In this document: positions 19,149 to 30,360 of the stretch, piece by piece
Position numbering within the stretch: the stretch's first letter is position 1
Layout of the letters: each line of letters starts with the position of its first letter
Assembly: GCA_963662405.2 (NCBI GenBank)
Contig: CAXXKT010000001.1
Location: forward strand, 1,408,001-1,472,000
Length of the DNA: 64,000 bases
Direction: 5' to 3'
Source: Syntrophales bacterium
GTDB lineage: Bacteria; Desulfobacterota; Syntrophia; Syntrophales; UBA2210
Position numbers and translations under genes: made by a program
The notes under the pieces: generated by a model
What the model saw: the letters and a program-made list of their open reading frames with translations, nothing else
The model's database searches: none
Told to the model about the DNA's origin: nothing

Positions 19149-20945
19149 CTATGTACCCGTAGACCCCTTTTTGTCCGTTTGATCGATCCCGATTCCCTCC
19201 GCCAGCGATTTGTTGATCAGTGCCTTGTTATACGCCGAGAAGATATCCCTTCGTGAGAGAATGCCCACTATCTTGCGCGGGTTGTTCTCATCGACCACCG
19301 GAAGCTGTTCTATGTTCTTCAGCCCTATCTTTTTCAGCGCCTCATCCAGGCTTTCACCCTCCGTTATGGTTATGACGCTAGGGATGGCGATATCCTTCAC
19401 CACCACGAGGTCTCCCAGGCCCTCTTCGAAGACCACCTCCTTAAAGTCCTGAAAGGTGATAATTCCGCTGAGTAGGCCGCTCTCGTCGACCACGGGAAAG
19501 CTGGAATACTTGCTTGAGAAGGTGTGTTCCAGCAGTTTGTTGAGATGCATATTTTCCGATACCGTTGCCACGTTCCTTGTCATGGCGTCTCTGACGAGAA
19601 GAGACTTCATGATGTTGATCTCCCTCCCCGCCTTGATGTCGATCCCCCTGCGGAACAGCTTTAAAGTGAAAATCGATTCTCGGGTGAGCTGTGAGGAGAT
19701 CAGGTATCCGATGATGCAGGACAACATCAGAGGAATGATGATCTTATAATCCCCGGTTATCTCAAATATGATCAGGATTGCGTGTAGCGGACCGTGTGTG
19801 GTTGCCGCGAGAACGGCCCCCATCCCCACGAGACAGTAAGCCCCTGGTGGTGCTGTTATGGCGGGGAAGAGAAGGTGCATGGCGTACCCGAATGCTCCTC
19901 CGGTCATGGCCCCCATAAAGAGAGAGGGGGCAAATATACCGCCCGAGCCGCCCGATCCGATGGTGAGGGATGTGGCCGCTATCTTGACGAATATCAGGGC
20001 AACCAGCATATACCAGGCAAGTCCCTCCTGGAGGGCGAGGCCGATAGTGTCATATCCCACCCCGTATACGTAGGGGAGAAAAACGCCGATGCACCCCACT
20101 ATCAGGCCGCCCACCCCCGCCTTCGCATAATCGGGGATCGGTATGATCTTGAAGAGATCTTCCGTTTTGTAAAGGGTCCTGATGAACAAGACACCGACCA
20201 GACCTGCTGTGATCCCCAGGAGCATATAGAAGGGGAGTTCGAGAGGGCTGACCAGGGTGTACGAGGGGACGAGAAAGGCGGGGTAGTCTCCCAGGTATAT
20301 CCTTGATATGACGGTTCCCATGACGGATGAAACGATGATCGGACTGAAGGTGGCGATCCCGTAGTTACCGATAATGATCTCCATGGCGAACATGACGCCG
20401 GCGATCGGTGCATTGAAGGTCGCCGCGATCCCCGCTGCCGCTCCGCACCCGACCAGGGTCCTCATCCGGTCCGCCGAAACCCTGGTCAACTGTCCGACAA
20501 GAGAACCGATTGCCGATCCTATCTGAACGATGGGACCCTCTCTCCCCGCTGATCCTCCCGAACCGATACACAGCGCCGAAGCGAGAATCTTGATGAGGAA
20601 GACCCTCTTTCTGATCATGCCGCCTCTCATCGCCACGGCTTCTATGGTCTCGGAGACACCTGGCCCTTGAGCTTCCCGGGCGAAGAAATAGATGATGGGG
20701 CCGACGAGGATACCGCCGATCATGGGAGGAAAGAGCTTTGCATGCCACGGTAAGGTTGTCAAATGGCTGAGAAAGTTTGTCCCGCCCGTACCAAAAAAAA
20801 GTGACTGGAAGAGATGAATGACCAGTCTGAACAGGACGGCCCCATATCCTCCGAGCGCTCCCACAATCATTGCCAAGAGCATCATGACGACGTGTTCGTT
20901 TGATCTGAATGGAATCTTCAGGATATGAGAAGGATGCTTGTTCAT
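19149..20945 (-). CDS. ClC-family chloride channel/transporter with two CBS domains
   Basis: GSAGREGP, GIAATFNAP and GGSGGIFAPSL motifs; C-terminal CBS pair. Confidence 0.93.
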   Translation of the reverse strand: MNKHPSHILKIPFRSNEHVVMMLLAMIVGALGGYGAVLFRLVIHLFQSLFFGTGGTNFLSHLTTLPWHAKLFPPMIGGILVGPIIYFFAREAQGPGVSETIEAVAMRGGMIRKRVFLIKILASALCIGSGGSAGREGPIVQIGSAIGSLVGQLTRVSADRMRTLVGCGAAAGIAATFNAPIAGVMFAMEIIIGNYGIATFSPIIVSSVMGTVISRIYLGDYPAFLVPSYTLVSPLELPFYMLLGITAGLVGVLFIRTLYKTEDLFKIIPIPDYAKAGVGGLIVGCIGVFLPYVYGVGYDTIGLALQEGLAWYMLVALIFVKIAATSLTIGSGGSGGIFAPSLFMGAMTGGAFGYAMHLLFPAITAPPGAYCLVGMGAVLAATTHGPLHAILIIFEITGDYKIIIPLMLSCIIGYLISSQLTRESIFTLKLFRRGIDIKAGREINIMKSLLVRDAMTRNVATVSENMHLNKLLEHTFSSKYSSFPVVDESGLLSGIITFQDFKEVVFEEGLGDLVVVKDIAIPSVITITEGESLDEALKKIGLKNIEQLPVVDENNPRKIVGILSRRDIFSAYNKALINKSLAEGIGIDQTDKKGSTGT

Positions 20946-21128
20946 GGAATTATTTCATGGTCATTTTTTGACTACCCTTTCTTACTATCGCTGAAAGCCA
21001 TATTTTGCAAGAGAGATTTTATACTTACATGCGGAATTCACGGTGTGAGCAATCTTGTTTTGCCCTCTTTGGATCGTTGTGCTAAACAGGTACCGTATCG
21101 ATGCAATCCGGTTCGAGGAAACGAAAAA

Positions 21129-21719
21129 ATGAAGATTACGTCGGCAGAATTCATAACGAGTGCCGTGACGCCCGCCCAATATCCCGACCCTCTCTTGCCC
21201 GAGGTCGCCTTTGTCGGCAGGTCGAACGTGGGGAAATCTTCCCTGCTCAACGCCCTGGTGGGGCGAAAAAAGCTTGCCAAGACGAGTAATACCCCGGGAC
21301 GGACCCAGCTGGTCAATTTTTTCGTGATCAACAAGGCCCTTTCCTTCGTTGATCTCCCCGGTTACGGATACGCCAGGGTTCCTGTCTCCGTCAAAAAAGG
21401 ATGGCAGGCAATGATCGAGGGGTATCTCGAAGGGCGCGAAAGCCTGCGGCTCGTTGTCATGATCCTGGATATCCGCCGGGAGCCCTCGGAACATGACGAT
21501 ATGCTGATCGAGTGGCTCCGGAGCAGGCAAATCAACGTGGCATTCGTCCTGACCAAGTCGGATAAATTCTCCCGGAGCCGGGCAATCGGAGCCCATCGAA
21601 CAATCGGAGAACATCTGGGGGTTCCCCATGAAGGACTGATCCCCTTTTCGGCAAAGACGCGTGCCGGCGTAGGCGAGGTCTGGCGGGTGATCGAGGCGGC
21701 CTGTCTCCCCGCGTCCTGA
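21129..21719 (+). CDS. engB: Ribosome biogenesis GTPase YihA/YsxC
   Basis: GRSNVGKSS, TSNTPGRTQ, DLPGYGYA and TKSDK motifs. Confidence 0.95.
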   Translation: MKITSAEFITSAVTPAQYPDPLLPEVAFVGRSNVGKSSLLNALVGRKKLAKTSNTPGRTQLVNFFVINKALSFVDLPGYGYARVPVSVKKGWQAMIEGYLEGRESLRLVVMILDIRREPSEHDDMLIEWLRSRQINVAFVLTKSDKFSRSRAIGAHRTIGEHLGVPHEGLIPFSAKTRAGVGEVWRVIEAACLPAS

Positions 21720-21927
21720 CCCGCTTTCCCTGATTGTGCGGGATTCAAAAACTTTTACCGGACCCACGCACATTAGTATATGAAGGCTGTAATTAGGTCT
21801 TGACATGGGGTGCAAATCCTGCTACCCAACTTCCCGGTTATTTGTCAGATGACCAATGGTCATAACATGTACTCTAACGGGACCCGCACGGAAGGTCCTT
21901 ACTATCAAATCCGAGGTGCGAAAAGCG

Positions 21928-24900
21928 GTGGTAAAAGATAGCGAAAAGATCGGCGCTGTGATGGTTGTTGGGTCAGGGATAGCCGGAATCCAGTCTTCTC
22001 TGGACCTCGCAAACTCCGGAATGAAGGTCTACCTTGTTGAAAACGACATCAGCATCGGTGGTATCATGGCCCAGCTGGATAAGACCTTCCCGACCAATGA
22101 CTGTTCTGCATGCATCCTCTCCCCCAAGCTTGTCGAGGTGGGGAGGCATCCGAACGTGGAAATCCTAACAAAAAGAACGGTAAAAGGGGTGGACGGTGAG
22201 CCGGGACGCTTCGAGGTGAAGCTCGCAAGTGAGCCTCGCTTTGTCGATGTCGACAAGTGTACCGGCTGTGGTGACTGTGCCAAGGTGTGCCCGGTGACGG
22301 TACCGAACATCTTTAACGAGGGACTGGATGACCGGAAGGCCATCTACCGCAAGTTCCCCCAGGCAATTCCCAGCGCCTTCGCGATCGAAAAGATCGGTGT
22401 GGCCCCCTGTAAGGCGGCCTGTCCGACCCATATCAGCGTCCAGGGTTATGTGGCCCTCATTGCTGAAGGGAAGTACAAGGAGGCCCTGAAGCTGATCAAG
22501 CAGGAGAATCCGCTCCCCGCTGTCTGTGGGAGGGTCTGTAATCACCCCTGCGAGGCCGCCTGTAAAAGGGGCGAAGTGGATGATCCCGTATCCATCATGT
22601 ATCTCAAGCGGTTCGTCGCCGATCTCGACCTGAATGACGAGACGAAATATATCCCCGAAGTCAAGGAAAAAAAGGACAAGAAGGTCGCGATTATCGGTGC
22701 CGGCCCTGCCGGTTTGACGGCGGCTTACTATCTGGCCGTCGAGGGGTACCAGGTCACGATCTTCGAGGCCCTTCCCGTGCCGGGCGGGATGCTGACCGTC
22801 GGTATCCCCGAGTACCGTCTCCCCAAGGATGTCCTGAATGCCGAGATCAAGACGATTGAGGAACTCGGCGTCGAGATCAAGTACAACACGAAGGTGGGCA
22901 CGGATATCACCATGGAGGAACTCCGGAAGGAGTTCGACGCGACCTTTATCGGTGTGGGGGCCCATATCAGCAGTAAACTGGGTGTTCCCGGCGAAGATGA
23001 TCTCGAAGGGGTGGTCCACGGTATCGATTTCCTCAGACGGGTTGCCCTCGGTGAAAAGGTCTTCCTCGGAGAACGGGTCGCGGTGGTCGGCGGCGGGAAC
23101 GTCGCGATGGATGCCGTGAGGACGGCCCTCAGGACCGGTTCCAAGGAGGCGTTTGTCCTGTACCGGAGGACCCGTGCCGAGATGCCCGCAGCCGATGAGG
23201 AGATCGAAGAGGCCCTGCAGGAAGGGATCAAGATGGAATTCCTGGCTGCCCCGGTGAAGGTGCTGGGGAGCGGCGGGAAGGTGACCGGGATTGAGTGCAT
23301 CCGGATGGAGCTGGGTGAGCCCGACGCCAGCGGGAGGAGGCGGCCCGTGCCGATCAAGGGTTCGGAATTCGTCATCGAGGCGGACGCGATCATTCCGGCG
23401 ATCGGTCAGACCAGCGATCTCTCCTTCATTGCCGAAGACAGCGGGTTGGCTATCAATAAGTGGAATACCTTCGATGTCGATGAGGTGACCTTTGCCACGA
23501 ACGTGGAAGGGGTCTTTGCCGGTGGCGATGACGTCACCGGGCCGGCAACGGTGGTCGAAGCGATCAATGCCGGGAAAGAAGCGGCGAAATCAATCAACCG
23601 ATACCTCCTCGGCGAGGACATCAAACTGGGGCGCGAGAGAGACTGGACACGGAATATCGCCGACCAGGCGGATAACAGCTCCGTGAACAAAGAGCTGCGT
23701 CCCTCCATGCCTGAGCTTGAGCCGGCGACCCGGCGGACCAATTTCGAAGAGGTCGTCAAGGGGTACAGTGAGGAAGATATCCTCAGAGAAGCGAAGCGGT
23801 GCCTCAGCTGCGGGGTCTGTTCCGAATGTTACCAGTGCGTCGATGCCTGTGTGGCCGGTGCGATTGATCACGATATGATCGAGCGGGAAGAGACCGTCGA
23901 GGTCGGGGCGATCATCGCCGCGCCGGGGACGGAACTCTTCAACGCCTCCCTCAGAGGGGAATACGGCTTCGGTATCTACGACAATGTCGTCACCAGTATC
24001 CAGTTCGAGCGGATCCTGTCCGCCTCCGGTCCCTACTTCGGGCACGTACAGCGTATCTCCGACGGTAAAGAACCGAAGAAGGTGGCCTTCCTCCAGTGTG
24101 TGGGGTCGCGGGATTCGAACTGCGGGAACAGCTGGTGTTCGTCCGTATGCTGTATGTACGCCACCAAGGAGGCCATCATCGGCAAGGAGCACGCCAAGGG
24201 CTTGGAGCCGACTATCTTCTATATCGATATCCGCGCCTACGGCAAGGACTTCGACCGGTTCGTCAACCGGGCCCAGAATGAATACGGTATTCGGTACATC
24301 CGATCCATGCCGTCAGCGATAAAGGAATTGCAACAGAGCAAGAATCTGCTCCTCACCTACGTCCAGGAAGACGGGACACTGGTCGAAGAGGAGTTTGACA
24401 TGGTCGTCCTTTCCGTGGGCCTGGCTCCGCCGAAGGAGGCACGGGAGCTGGCCGCGAGCCTGGGTATCGAGCTGGAGGAGCACGGTTTCTGCAAGACCTC
24501 TCTTGAAAACCCCGTCCAGACTTCCCGGGATGGTATTTTTGTCTGCGGTGTCTTCGGTGGTCCCAAGGATATCCCGGAGACGGTCATGGAGGCGTCGGGT
24601 GCCGCGGCATGCGCGGAGGGACTGCTCTCATCCCAGCGGGGATCGTTGACCATTGCGGAGCAGCTTCCCGAGGAGATGGATATGCGGGGGACCGGCCCCC
24701 GGATCGGTGCCTTTATCTGCCACTGCGGGATCAATATCGGGGGCGTGGTCAATGTCCCCGAGGTGGTTGAATATGTCAAGACCCTCCCCAACGTGGTCTA
24801 TGCCGAGGACAACCTCTTTACCTGCTCTCAGGATACCGCGGTCAAGATGGGGGAGATGATCAAGGAACATAACTTGACACGGGTCGTTGTGGCCTCCTGT

Positions 24901-26355
24901 TCCCCGCGGACGCATGAGGGACTCTTCCAGGAAAACTGTGAAAAGGCCGGACTCAACCGGTACCTCTTCGAGATGGCCAATATCAGGGACCAGGATTCCT
25001 GGGTCCATATGAACGAACCCGAGGCGGCAACCGAGAAGGCGAAAGATCTGGTTCGCATGGCCGTCGCCAAGGCCCAATATCTCAAACCCCTGAAACCGGG
25101 GCAATTGGGCGTCAACAAGGCCGCCATGGTGCTTGGAGGAGGCCTCGCCGGGATCACCGCAGCCCTCTCGCTCGCCGATCAGGGTTTTGAATCCCACATC
25201 GTCGAGAAAGAAGCCGAGCTGGGCGGGAACTACAAGAAGCTCTACCACACCCTCGAGGGACTCGATACGGTGAAGCATCTGGCCGGGCTCCTGGAACGGG
25301 TGAAGAAGAGCGATCTCATCCACGTCCACACGGGTGCCGAGGTCGAGAAGGTCGAGGGGTTCATCGGCAACTACAAGACGACGATCAAGGCTGGCGGAAA
25401 AGAAGAAGAATTTGGGCACGGTGTTGTGATCGTGGCGACCGGGGCCTATGAGAACGAGACGACCGAATACCTGTACGGGACCAACGACCGGGTCGTGACG
25501 CAGCGAGAGCTGGAGGCCCTGATCCACGGAAAAGACGCGAAGGTGACGGGTGCGGACAGCGTGGTCATGATCCAGTGTGTCGGATCACGGTGTGACGAGC
25601 GGCCGTACTGTAGCCGGTACTGTTGCAGCGAGGCGATGAAGAACGCCCTCGCCCTCAAGGCGGAAAATCCTGACCGCGAGGTGACCATCATTTACCGTGA
25701 TATCAGGACCTACGGTCTGAAGGAGGATTACTACCGGAGGGCCCGCGAGGCGGATGTCAGGTTCATCTGCTACAAGGAAGATCGGAAGCCCGAGGTGAGC
25801 GGCGATGGTTCGAAGGTTCGGGTGAAGGTCTTCGATCCGATCCTCAATCAGCCGGTGGAGATTGAGACCGATATCCTGGCACTGAGTGTGGGTGTGGTTC
25901 CCAACTCGGCCAACGAAGAGATATCAAAGTGGTTCAAGATTCCGGTTAATCAGGACGGGTTCTTCTTGGAGGCCCACGTCAAGCTGCGGCCGGTCGACTT
26001 TGCCACGGACGGCGTCTACATGTGCGGGATGGCGCACTCGCCGAAATTGAGCGAAGAGACCGTCACCCAGGCCAACGCCGCCGTCTCGAGGGCATGCACG
26101 ATCCTGACGAAGGACTTCATCGAGGCGGAGGGGAAGACCGCATACATCAACAAAGATAAGTGCATGGCCTGTGGCCTCTGCGAGGCGAACTGTCCCTTCG
26201 GTGCCGTCGCGGTTGATGCGGTTGAAGAATGTGCCGTCGTCAATGCCGTTCTGTGCAAGGGATGCGGGGTGTGCACGGCATCGTGCCGGATGAACGCGAT
26301 CGATCTCAACGGTTTCAACAACGAGGAAATCTTGGCGCAGATAAGCGCTCTGTAA
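21928..26355 (+). CDS. Large HdrA-like (HdrL-type) flavoprotein with an inserted GltD-like NAD(P)-binding domain
   Basis: QLDKTFPTNDC, GltD-like CGRVCNHPCE/GAGPAGL/GGGNVAMD motifs, two QCVGSR...C..CC HdrA motifs and C-terminal 2x[4Fe-4S]. GTG start after GAGGTG. Confidence 0.9.
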   Translation: MVKDSEKIGAVMVVGSGIAGIQSSLDLANSGMKVYLVENDISIGGIMAQLDKTFPTNDCSACILSPKLVEVGRHPNVEILTKRTVKGVDGEPGRFEVKLASEPRFVDVDKCTGCGDCAKVCPVTVPNIFNEGLDDRKAIYRKFPQAIPSAFAIEKIGVAPCKAACPTHISVQGYVALIAEGKYKEALKLIKQENPLPAVCGRVCNHPCEAACKRGEVDDPVSIMYLKRFVADLDLNDETKYIPEVKEKKDKKVAIIGAGPAGLTAAYYLAVEGYQVTIFEALPVPGGMLTVGIPEYRLPKDVLNAEIKTIEELGVEIKYNTKVGTDITMEELRKEFDATFIGVGAHISSKLGVPGEDDLEGVVHGIDFLRRVALGEKVFLGERVAVVGGGNVAMDAVRTALRTGSKEAFVLYRRTRAEMPAADEEIEEALQEGIKMEFLAAPVKVLGSGGKVTGIECIRMELGEPDASGRRRPVPIKGSEFVIEADAIIPAIGQTSDLSFIAEDSGLAINKWNTFDVDEVTFATNVEGVFAGGDDVTGPATVVEAINAGKEAAKSINRYLLGEDIKLGRERDWTRNIADQADNSSVNKELRPSMPELEPATRRTNFEEVVKGYSEEDILREAKRCLSCGVCSECYQCVDACVAGAIDHDMIEREETVEVGAIIAAPGTELFNASLRGEYGFGIYDNVVTSIQFERILSASGPYFGHVQRISDGKEPKKVAFLQCVGSRDSNCGNSWCSSVCCMYATKEAIIGKEHAKGLEPTIFYIDIRAYGKDFDRFVNRAQNEYGIRYIRSMPSAIKELQQSKNLLLTYVQEDGTLVEEEFDMVVLSVGLAPPKEARELAASLGIELEEHGFCKTSLENPVQTSRDGIFVCGVFGGPKDIPETVMEASGAAACAEGLLSSQRGSLTIAEQLPEEMDMRGTGPRIGAFICHCGINIGGVVNVPEVVEYVKTLPNVVYAEDNLFTCSQDTAVKMGEMIKEHNLTRVVVASCSPRTHEGLFQENCEKAGLNRYLFEMANIRDQDSWVHMNEPEAATEKAKDLVRMAVAKAQYLKPLKPGQLGVNKAAMVLGGGLAGITAALSLADQGFESHIVEKEAELGGNYKKLYHTLEGLDTVKHLAGLLERVKKSDLIHVHTGAEVEKVEGFIGNYKTTIKAGGKEEEFGHGVVIVATGAYENETTEYLYGTNDRVVTQRELEALIHGKDAKVTGADSVVMIQCVGSRCDERPYCSRYCCSEAMKNALALKAENPDREVTIIYRDIRTYGLKEDYYRRAREADVRFICYKEDRKPEVSGDGSKVRVKVFDPILNQPVEIETDILALSVGVVPNSANEEISKWFKIPVNQDGFFLEAHVKLRPVDFATDGVYMCGMAHSPKLSEETVTQANAAVSRACTILTKDFIEAEGKTAYINKDKCMACGLCEANCPFGAVAVDAVEECAVVNAVLCKGCGVCTASCRMNAIDLNGFNNEEILAQISAL

Positions 26356-26374
26356 AAGGTGGAGTACGGAACAT

Positions 26375-26809
26375 ATGACTGAAAAAGCGAACGAGAACTG
26401 GGAGCCGAAGATCGTTGCCTTTGTGTGCAACTGGTGTACCTACGCGGGAGCGGACCTGGCCGGTATCAGCAGGTTGCAGTATCCCCCGAATGTCAGGCTG
26501 ATACGACTGCCCTGCTCGGGGCGGGTGAATCCTTTCTATGTGATCAAGGCCTTGCAGGAGGGGATGGACGGTGTTCTCGTCTCCGGGTGTCATCCGGGTG
26601 AGTGCCACTATATCAGCGGGAATCTGTCGGCCCGGCGTAAATTTGCCATGCTGAAGAATTTTCTCTCCTATGTGGGGATGGAGCCGGATCGGACGATCTT
26701 TACCTGGGTCTCCGCGTCGGAAGGAGAGAAATTTTCACAGGTCATTAAGGGCGTGACCGAGAAGGTCAAGGCACTGGGCCCGGCGAAGAAACTGGTGAAG
26801 AAACTGTAA
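26375..26809 (+). CDS. MvhD/FlxD [2Fe-2S] subunit
   Basis: FVCNWCTYAGADLAG, PCSGR, GCHPGECHY and WVSASEG motifs. Confidence 0.93.
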   Translation: MTEKANENWEPKIVAFVCNWCTYAGADLAGISRLQYPPNVRLIRLPCSGRVNPFYVIKALQEGMDGVLVSGCHPGECHYISGNLSARRKFAMLKNFLSYVGMEPDRTIFTWVSASEGEKFSQVIKGVTEKVKALGPAKKLVKKL

Positions 26810-26843
26810 ACCGTCAAACAACAGGAACGAGGAATCGACAACT

Positions 26844-27854
26844 GTGAAAAATGTAGAAAAACAAGTGCGGGAACACGCAAAGAAGCTGCTTGCCGATGGC
26901 GCGGTGGATGTCGTGGTGGGGTATGAAGAAGGGACACTTCCGTTCCAGACGGCACCCTGCTTCATAACCGATCCCGAGGACACAGAGCGGCTTGTCTGGA
27001 ACCGGTTCTGCTCCGTGAACCTGGCCAAATATGTCCATGATATCATCTTTGCCCACAAGGAATCGCAGAAGAGGGCAAAGCCGGAGGAACGGACGAAGAA
27101 AAAGGTCGCCGTTATCGCCCGGGGATGCACCACCCGGTCCCTGGTCATTCACCTCCAGGAAAAACAGTATGACCGTGATCAGGTCGTCGTTATCGGGGTT
27201 CCCTGTACGGGATTCATCGCCAACAAGAAACTCGCGGCCGCTGTGGGCGGCAAGGAGGTTACGGCGTGCTCCATCTCCGGTGATACCGTTTCCGTGCAGA
27301 CGAAGGACGGGAGCAAGGACATCCCCGTGGGTGAGGTGCTTGCCGACAATTGCCTGACCTGTCGGTTCAACAATCCCGTCATATCGGACGAGATGATCGG
27401 TGACACGGCCCCGGCGATGCCCGGTGCGGAGAAGGAGTATGAGGCGGTTGAGGCCTTTGAGGGCCGGTCGATTGATGAGCGGTGGGCATACTTCACGAAG
27501 GAGATGGACAAGTGCATACGGTGTTACGCCTGTCGAAATACCTGTCCCTCCTGTTACTGCAAGGTCTGTTTTGTCGAGCAGAATCAGCCCCGGTGGGTGG
27601 GGGTCGGCATTGATGAGACCGACACGCAGGTGTTCCAGTTCATGCGCATGTTCCACATGGTGGGTCGTTGTGTCGATTGTGGTTCCTGCTTGGAGGTCTG
27701 TCCCATGGGGGTCGATCTCAGGACATTCCTCAAGAAGCTGGATAAGGACGATTTACAACTCTTTGATCACCGGGCCGGAGAGTCGATGGATAGCATGCCC
27801 TCCCTGAGTGCTTTTGCCGAGAACGATAAAGAAGAATTTATCTTTGAGCCATAG
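26844..27854 (+). CDS. FlxC-like 4Fe-4S protein
   Basis: CIRCYACRNTCPSCYCKVC and GRCVDCGSCLEVCP motifs; position in the hdr-flx cluster. Confidence 0.82.
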   Translation: MKNVEKQVREHAKKLLADGAVDVVVGYEEGTLPFQTAPCFITDPEDTERLVWNRFCSVNLAKYVHDIIFAHKESQKRAKPEERTKKKVAVIARGCTTRSLVIHLQEKQYDRDQVVVIGVPCTGFIANKKLAAAVGGKEVTACSISGDTVSVQTKDGSKDIPVGEVLADNCLTCRFNNPVISDEMIGDTAPAMPGAEKEYEAVEAFEGRSIDERWAYFTKEMDKCIRCYACRNTCPSCYCKVCFVEQNQPRWVGVGIDETDTQVFQFMRMFHMVGRCVDCGSCLEVCPMGVDLRTFLKKLDKDDLQLFDHRAGESMDSMPSLSAFAENDKEEFIFEP

Positions 27855-27870
27855 AAAAAACGGAGACAAG

Positions 27871-28395
27871 ATGAGTACCTTTCTAGAAGACGTGAACAAC
27901 AGGATAGGCGGGGTCCCGATACAGAGTTGTTTCCACTGCAGGAAATGCACGGCGGGGTGTCCGGTCGCCTTTGCCATGGAATACAATCCCAATGCCGTCA
28001 TCAAGATGATACAGATGGGGATGAAGGATGCGGTTTTGGGGAGTTCCACCATATGGCTGTGCGCCTCCTGTGAGACCTGCGTGACCCGGTGCCCCAACGA
28101 GGTCGATATCGCCCGGATGATGGATACCCTCAGAGAGATGGCAATTGAGGAAGGCGTAACGGCGGGAGAGAAAAATCTCCTCAAGTTTCACGAGGCTTTT
28201 CTCTCCAACATCAAGTTGGGAGGGAGGATCAATGAGCCGATGATGCTTGTGCATTACAAGCTGAAATCGGGGGATTATTTCTCCGATATGGGACTGGGGC
28301 TCAGCATGTTCATGAAGGGAAAGATCAAGCCCATCTCTCCCCGCACAAAGGATATGGGGTCGGTACGGAAAATATTCAAATCAACGGGTAAGTAG
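27871..28395 (+). CDS. hdrC: Heterodisulfide reductase subunit C-like
   Basis: CFHCRKCTAGCP and WLCASCETCVTRCP motifs. Confidence 0.9.
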   Translation: MSTFLEDVNNRIGGVPIQSCFHCRKCTAGCPVAFAMEYNPNAVIKMIQMGMKDAVLGSSTIWLCASCETCVTRCPNEVDIARMMDTLREMAIEEGVTAGEKNLLKFHEAFLSNIKLGGRINEPMMLVHYKLKSGDYFSDMGLGLSMFMKGKIKPISPRTKDMGSVRKIFKSTGK

Positions 28396-28426
28396 CGGTA
28401 GTGCCCGGTGTTGAAGGAGGCTGTAG

Positions 28427-29275
28427 TTGAAAGTTTCATACTATCCAGGATGTTCGCTCCACGCCACGGGGAAGGAATATGACCAGTCGGTAAAGGCCGT
28501 CAGCGATGCCTTGGGGATCGAGCTGCAGGAGGTCGATGACTGGTCCTGCTGTGGTGCTTCGTCGGCCCATATGACCAATTTTAAACTGTCCGTTGCCCTT
28601 CCGGCGCGCAATATCATCGCCGCTCAGAAGGACAAGCTGGACGTGATGATTCCCTGCGCCGCCTGTTTCAATCGTTTTAAGAGCGCCCAGCACCATCTGG
28701 AAGCGGATAGCGCGTTGAAGAGCGAGATAGAGGAGATTGTCGGCGGTGCGTACGACGGGAGCGTTTCCTTGCGCAACCCGATAGACATTATTTACAACGA
28801 TATAGGACTCGAAAAGCTGAGTGAGGCGGTCACAAAAAAGCTTGAGGGCCTGAAGCCGGTCTCCTATTATGGGTGCCTCCTCCTGCGTCCCCCTGAAATA
28901 TGCCAATTCGATGACTACGAAAATCCCTATATGTTGGACGGCATCATGAATGCGCTGGGGGCCGATGCCCGCAACTGGTCTTGTAAAACGGATTGTTGCG
29001 GCGGGAGTCTGACCCTGAGCAAGACCGATATCGTCGTCCGACTCGTGGATAAGATGATGCAGATGGCTTCGGAGGCGGGCGCGAACTGTATCGTGACGGC
29101 CTGTCCGGTCTGTTTTGCCAACCTGGATACGCGGGCCAGTGAGCAGGGGCGGCTTCCGGCGTTCTACTTTACCGAGATCATTGCCCTTGCCCTGGGTCTG
29201 AAAGGGCCTGAATCGTGGTTCAAGATGCACAATGTCGACCCGATGCCCCTTCTGTCATCGCTGGGGTTGCTGTAG
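28427..29275 (+). CDS. hdrB: Heterodisulfide reductase subunit B-like
   Basis: YYPGCSL, DWSCCG, YYGCLLLRP, CCGG and CPVC (two CCG domains). Confidence 0.92.
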   Translation: MKVSYYPGCSLHATGKEYDQSVKAVSDALGIELQEVDDWSCCGASSAHMTNFKLSVALPARNIIAAQKDKLDVMIPCAACFNRFKSAQHHLEADSALKSEIEEIVGGAYDGSVSLRNPIDIIYNDIGLEKLSEAVTKKLEGLKPVSYYGCLLLRPPEICQFDDYENPYMLDGIMNALGADARNWSCKTDCCGGSLTLSKTDIVVRLVDKMMQMASEAGANCIVTACPVCFANLDTRASEQGRLPAFYFTEIIALALGLKGPESWFKMHNVDPMPLLSSLGLL

Positions 29276-29319
29276 GGTCTTTACATTTCATACAATAAAC
29301 GAGGCAACTAAGGGAAGAT

Positions 29320-30345
29320 ATGGAAAAGAGAGTCATAAAGAAAGACGCCTTGGCCGGGATAATCACAAAGATGGCGGAAAGCATGGTGGTATATGCCCCC
29401 GTCCGGGATGAGGACAACGTCCTCTTCAAGGTCCTGGAGGAGGGGATGGAGCCGCTCCTGGATTTCGATAATACGAAGAATGCCCCGAAGAACTTCTTTT
29501 TCCCCCAGACCGAAGTGATGATGCGGTACCTGGGTAAGGAGAGAGGAAAAGAACTTTCCACCGCGGAGGCGGAGGCGTCGGAGGCGGTGCTCTTCGGTGT
29601 CCGTCCCTGCGATGCCAGGAGCTTTGTCCTGCTCGATAATATCTTTAACGATCCGAAATACCAGGATCCCTACTATGTCGACCGCCGGGAGAAGACAACG
29701 ATCGTCTCCCTTGCCTGTGTCCGGCCGCCCTACACCACCTGTTTCTGTACCTCCGTGGATGGCCATCCCTTCTCGTCGGAGGGGGCCGATGTCAGTCTCA
29801 TCGATATGGGAGACAGTTACCTCGCCGAGTTCGTGACCCCCAAAGGGGAAGAGTTCCTGAAGAAGATGGGCGATCTCCCGGCCGCGGATGAGGCCCTTGA
29901 GGCCAAGAAACAGGAACTGTCCACAGCTGCTGAAAAGGAAGTCAACGGGTCGGTGCCGGCCCGTGCGATAAAACCGTGGATGGACGAAAACTTTGAGCAT
30001 CCCTTCTGGGATACGATCCATCAGAGCTGCCTCGCCTGCGGGACCTGTACGTATCTCTGTCCGACCTGCCACTGTTTCGATATCACCGATGAGGTGAAGA
30101 AAGAGGACGGCCGCCGGATTCGCTCGTGGGATTCCTGTATGTCATGGCTCTTCACGATGGAGACCTCGGGACACAACCCCCGTCCTTCTCAGATGCAACG
30201 ATGGCGGCAACGGGCGATGCACAAGTTTAAGTATTTCGCGGACAACTTTGATGCCGTCGCCTGTGTCGGCTGCGGTCGTTGCGTGATGTATTGCCCGGTG
30301 AATATCGATATACGAAAGATCGTAACAGACATTTCTAACCTATAG
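29320..30345 (+). CDS. FlxB-like 4Fe-4S protein (AsrA/HydB-like)
   Basis: GVRPCD, CLACGTCTYLCPTCHCFD, WDSCM and CVGCGRCVMYCPVNIDI motifs. Confidence 0.85.
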   Translation: MEKRVIKKDALAGIITKMAESMVVYAPVRDEDNVLFKVLEEGMEPLLDFDNTKNAPKNFFFPQTEVMMRYLGKERGKELSTAEAEASEAVLFGVRPCDARSFVLLDNIFNDPKYQDPYYVDRREKTTIVSLACVRPPYTTCFCTSVDGHPFSSEGADVSLIDMGDSYLAEFVTPKGEEFLKKMGDLPAADEALEAKKQELSTAAEKEVNGSVPARAIKPWMDENFEHPFWDTIHQSCLACGTCTYLCPTCHCFDITDEVKKEDGRRIRSWDSCMSWLFTMETSGHNPRPSQMQRWRQRAMHKFKYFADNFDAVACVGCGRCVMYCPVNIDIRKIVTDISNL

Positions 30346-30360
30346 TTTGTGGAGATACCG